Source of the DNA: an uncultured virus (IMG/VR IMGVR_UViG_3300024261_000008)
Taxonomy: Duplodnaviria > Heunggongvirae > Uroviricota > Caudoviricetes
DNA: 20,000 bases
Direction: 5' to 3' (one strand)
Virus record (IMG/VR): IMGVR_UViG_3300024261_000008
Location: 108,184-128,183 of that record
In this document: positions 17,029-20,000 of the stretch, in pieces
How the letters are laid out: each line of letters begins with the position of its first letter
Numbering within the stretch: position 1 is the stretch's first letter
Notes under the pieces: model-generated
Database searches by the model: none
What the model saw: the letters and a program-made list of their open reading frames with translations, nothing else
What the model was told of the DNA's origin: nothing
Made by a program: the position numbers and the translations under genes

Positions 17029-17799
17029 CTATATCATTTTAGAATTATTTATTGGGTTGTGCTTCGGTTGATTTTGCCATTTAGTAGCAAAAAACTTTTT
17101 ACATTCTGCCTCTATCGACTGCTCTTTAACTTTAGCTTCTGTACTCTTTCTGCTTACTGAAACGAAATGATAAAAGGCACATTCATAAGTTCTTAGCATT
17201 TTCCATCCGTTGAGTTCACACTTTAAGAAAAAATCCCAATCAGTGTATGAACCTGTTAAGGTAGGATATTCTATATCAAAACCTCCACAAGACATATAAT
17301 TCAACCTACTCATATATATGGGATAGGTAGAGCCTGTGTCTTCAATCAGGTCTTTCCTTTGGGACTTTTCAAACTTCCAAAAACCTTCTAGGTCAAATTT
17401 TGCTGGGTCTTTACCACAGTCCTTAATAATAAACTGACTAAACATACTGTTGTAAGGTTCAATCTGGTTAGGTGCTATGACTGAATTTGTGACATCTAGC
17501 TTTCCCAAAATAGTGTCCCATTCCTTGGGGAAAACATTGTCATCATTTGTAATAAGCACACGCTTATTTTTAGCTAAAGACACTCCAAGGTTTTGTGCTC
17601 TGGTCATTCCAACATTGTTAGGTAGGACGACAGGGTGTATTTGGCTGTAGTATTTACTGAGAACATCTGTATTGACCTCAAGGGTTCCATCAACAACAAC
17701 TAATATCTCGTTGAGTTTTTCCTGTCCTTCAATAACAGACCGTAAACATAAGTCTAATGCTTGAGGAGTCTTAAATGTTGGTATAATTACACTAATCAT
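17029..17799 (-). CDS. Family 2 (GT-A) glycosyltransferase
   Basis: MISVIIPT, EILVVVDG, NVGMTRAQNLG, ITNDDNVF, GGFD...DWDFF, FYHFVSVS. Start placed at ATG 17799 (MISVIIPT); the ORF track extends to 17844. Confidence 0.88.
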   Translation of the reverse strand: MISVIIPTFKTPQALDLCLRSVIEGQEKLNEILVVVDGTLEVNTDVLSKYYSQIHPVVLPNNVGMTRAQNLGVSLAKNKRVLITNDDNVFPKEWDTILGKLDVTNSVIAPNQIEPYNSMFSQFIIKDCGKDPAKFDLEGFWKFEKSQRKDLIEDTGSTYPIYMSRLNYMSCGGFDIEYPTLTGSYTDWDFFLKCELNGWKMLRTYECAFYHFVSVSRKSTEAKVKEQSIEAECKKFFATKWQNQPKHNPINNSKMI

Positions 17800-18130
17800 A
17801 TTGTCTGTAGTATTCTCCTGTGTCAATAGTTTTCTTAGAGACACTAAACTTCATTGACATACTGTCTGTGAAAGGTACGCAAAAAACAGATTCATTTTTA
17901 GTGTACCAGCCATATTCGCATTCTGTAGGCTCCCCTATTATAAATACAGGCTTAGAGTCTACCACTATTGCACCCAGATATAAAGGCCTAACACAAACCT
18001 GTACAAAGTTGTCAAATAGTTCTATAAAATCTTCTGTGTCTGCCCAGTTGTTCAGAGATTCCTCCGACTTATATTCTGAGGATTCTTTACAAAAGGGGAA
18101 CATATGTATTATGTAGCGTAACTTATCCAT
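17792..18130 (-). CDS. Hypothetical protein within the glycosylation cluster
   Basis: 112-aa ORF coupled to the upstream gene (TAATG) and overlapping the downstream GT2 start. Confidence 0.65.
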   Translation of the reverse strand: MDKLRYIIHMFPFCKESSEYKSEESLNNWADTEDFIELFDNFVQVCVRPLYLGAIVVDSKPVFIIGEPTECEYGWYTKNESVFCVPFTDSMSMKFSVSKKTIDTGEYYRQYD

Positions 18131-18762
18131 TATCTTTTAATGCTTTCATATAATTCGTTTTGTTGGCGTTGCTTATTAATCTCTTTACTATGTATTAATG
18201 CACATTGTGGATTTTGCGGAAACCCTCCCATTTCTTTGTATCCTACAATTTGTTCGTGGACGTTACCTTCCCATCTAATGTTGCCGTTATTTTTAAATAT
18301 TCTTGGCTGATAGTCAGGCCAGTTAATCCATCCGTTTTCATTGATGTTCCAGCTATATTTCTTAACGTCTTCTTCTGTGTGGCCTTCTACTGTATTGATA
18401 CGAGGAACATATAACATGTCAACTTCTTCTGTTAGTTGACTTTTCCATATTTCGATTGTTTCCACAGAAGCGTATTCGTCTGCATCGAAATTTATAATCC
18501 AATCTTTATTAGCTAATCCATTGGTAAAATTTTTCATTTCAGCAAACCTTTTATCAAAATGATACCTCATGTATGTATCTGCTACTTGCTGTGAGTATTG
18601 ACGGATATCTACATCTAAGTTTGTCTGTTTTTCTTTTTCTTCTCTAAAAGTATGCACGATAATTATTTCATCATTATGTGACCTAACCTGTTTGAGAAGT
18701 GGAAGGAGAGTCTTTAGTTCTTTTAACTCGTTATAAACTGTTACAGTGTACGATATGCTCAT
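18130..18762 (-). CDS. Family 2 glycosyltransferase, beta-1,4-glucosyltransferase (LgtF/WaaE)-like
   Basis: ISYTVTVYNE, FAEMKNF, DWIINFDADE (DxD), VPRIN, WPDYQPRIF, WEGNVHE. Confidence 0.87.
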   Translation of the reverse strand: MSISYTVTVYNELKELKTLLPLLKQVRSHNDEIIIVHTFREEKEKQTNLDVDIRQYSQQVADTYMRYHFDKRFAEMKNFTNGLANKDWIINFDADEYASVETIEIWKSQLTEEVDMLYVPRINTVEGHTEEDVKKYSWNINENGWINWPDYQPRIFKNNGNIRWEGNVHEQIVGYKEMGGFPQNPQCALIHSKEINKQRQQNELYESIKR

Positions 18763-19361
18763 TGATTCCTCTTATGGTTTACGGTAGCTAATCTTGGGTC
18801 TGGCGTTAAAGCCCCTGACTTTTTAGCCCCTTTAATTGAGATGCCACTTTCCTGCTGCTCCCAGATAAGACCAGAACTTTTTTTAATAATTCTAGGCTGA
18901 TTATCAGGCCAGTTGATCCACCCCTTTTCATTAAGTCTTAATCCGTATCGTTCTTCTTTTTCTTTTTGACTAATTGTATCATCAATATTTACTCTGGGAG
19001 TCCAAAATATATCGTATTCGGGCTCATTCTTGATTACATTGTTCCATAGGGCAAGTGTCTGTGCAGTTAAAAATTCATTGGCATCTAACAAGAAAACATA
19101 ATCTTTAGTAGCTAAGTCACAAACATAGTTTTTTAAGTGAGTTATATCATTTTTATTTTTATAGTTACAATATGTGTCAAAATTATCCATCAGATATTCT
19201 TTGATCTCTACATGGACAGAATCATTCATTTCGTGGTCTTCACGGTAAAGATGCACAGCTATAGTCTCATCTTGAACCTTTTTGCAGACTTCTAAAGTAT
19301 AGTGAAGTCTTTTGACATCATTCAACTCATCTTGTACAACTACAGTATATGATATGGACAT
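18759..19361 (-). CDS. Family 2 glycosyltransferase-like paralog of the adjacent gene, degenerate active-site motifs
   Basis: Shares MSISYTV, LDANE, TPRVN and GWINWPDNQPRI with the neighbour; lacks VHE. Confidence 0.8.
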   Translation of the reverse strand: MSISYTVVVQDELNDVKRLHYTLEVCKKVQDETIAVHLYREDHEMNDSVHVEIKEYLMDNFDTYCNYKNKNDITHLKNYVCDLATKDYVFLLDANEFLTAQTLALWNNVIKNEPEYDIFWTPRVNIDDTISQKEKEERYGLRLNEKGWINWPDNQPRIIKKSSGLIWEQQESGISIKGAKKSGALTPDPRLATVNHKRNQ

Positions 19362-19391
19362 TGGCTTATTTCCTTGATAGTAGATATACTT

Positions 19392-19419
19392 ATAATAGGC
19401 TTATTCTGCTGTTTGTCAA
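19392..19419 (-). promoter_or_regulatory. Sigma70-like promoter TTGACA-N16-TATTAT upstream of the glycosylation cluster
   Basis: Minus strand reads cTTGACAaacagcagaataagccTATTATaagta, in the intergenic gap, followed by AAGGA and ATG at 19361. Confidence 0.72.
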
Positions 19420-19424
19420 GTATT

Positions 19425-19994
19425 TTAAGGCTCAGGAAAAGGTGGTAAATCAGGGCTATAATAACCTGAAATTACAGACCCCGGGTTGCCTTCACCGGGA
19501 AGTTCACCGTACCATTCATCTACCTCTATAATACAGTCAGTGACAACGATAGTATCATAAGCATATACCTTGTTGATTTTACCGTTTGCTCTTAGAAATG
19601 TCCCATCAGCTTTTTCATACAGTGTTCCTATTCGGAAAGCATCCTGATCTCTGATATCACAGTTGCCGATAAAGGTGCCAAAATTTACCGTATTATTACT
19701 GAAAAGTTCACACTTACCACGAAAAGTTCCTATGTTAATACTGGAGAATATAGTATATAATGTGTTATCTAAATATAAATGTAAAGAATCAGCCTTAATA
19801 TTGGAGTAACTAGCGGTAACAATGCCTCCCACAATAAGATCATTATTAGCGTTTTCTACATTTAAAGTTGAGCTCACTAAGTTACATCCATTATAAATCA
19901 GGCCTCCTAGGCCTCCTACAGTAATTGTACTGTCGTGACATTCTATGTTTTGACAAATAAGTTCACCACAAGACAATGCTGATATTTCGTTCAT
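19425..19994 (-). CDS. Hypothetical protein, beta-rich with short repeats (may start upstream of the window)
   Basis: 189-aa ORF rich in Gly/Ile/Asn with IGTFRGKC / FGTFIGNC / IGTL repeats; the frame is open to the window edge. Confidence 0.65.
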   Translation of the reverse strand: MNEISALSCGELICQNIECHDSTITVGGLGGLIYNGCNLVSSTLNVENANNDLIVGGIVTASYSNIKADSLHLYLDNTLYTIFSSINIGTFRGKCELFSNNTVNFGTFIGNCDIRDQDAFRIGTLYEKADGTFLRANGKINKVYAYDTIVVTDCIIEVDEWYGELPGEGNPGSVISGYYSPDLPPFPEP

Positions 19995-20000
19995 AACGAT

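Noticed and set aside
19480..19500. GC-rich inverted repeat cccgg...ccggg
   Set aside because: Short stem inside coding sequence (PGEGNPG codons) with no U-tract; not a convincing terminator.
1802..19531. All plus-strand ORFs in the track (60-98 aa)
   Set aside because: They lie antisense to well-supported minus-strand genes and have no recognisable motifs; these are shadow ORFs.
1..20000. Stop-codon reassignment as seen in some large phages
   Set aside because: TAA, TAG and TGA all end genes at natural boundaries and the long ORFs are intact under the standard code.
1..20000. CRISPR array, tRNA genes or transposase
   Set aside because: Intergenic gaps are under about 65 bp, with no regularly spaced repeats, cloverleaf or transposase motifs seen by eye.
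19990..20000. 11-bp match (TTCATAACGAT) to the reverse complement of the promoter spacer near 13554-13564
   Set aside because: A match of this length is expected by chance in 20 kb of AT-rich DNA, and it is cut by the window edge.

Overview
AT-rich window from what is almost certainly a large lytic dsDNA tailed phage. All real genes lie on the minus strand, tightly packed with overlapping start/stop codons, in the standard genetic code. In transcription order (right to left) it holds: (1) a sugar-modification cluster of two tandem paralogous GT2 genes, a hypothetical, a third GT2, an NDP-sugar epimerase, a divergent RmlC-like epimerase, a repeat-bearing GT4-like enzyme and a sulfotransferase-like gene; (2) nucleotide-metabolism genes: dCMP deaminase, B12-dependent class II ribonucleotide reductase and PhoH, then an HNH nuclease and an FmdB-type zinc ribbon; (3) a recombination/replication module: RecA/UvsX, a PD-(D/E)XK endonuclease, a possible UvsY-like protein, DnaB, an atypical primase, dNMP kinase and a Cas4/RecB-like exonuclease cut by the window edge. 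The most striking feature is an intact DUF1559 prepilin-type / H-X9-DG protein, a family massively expanded in Planctomycetota, inserted and translationally coupled inside the replication operon. It points to a planctomycete/PVC host and possibly to phage manipulation of the host pilin-processing system. Also found: two similar sigma70-like promoters and a 47-aa membrane micro-protein absent from the ORF track. All calls come from motif recognition by eye; no database searches were run.
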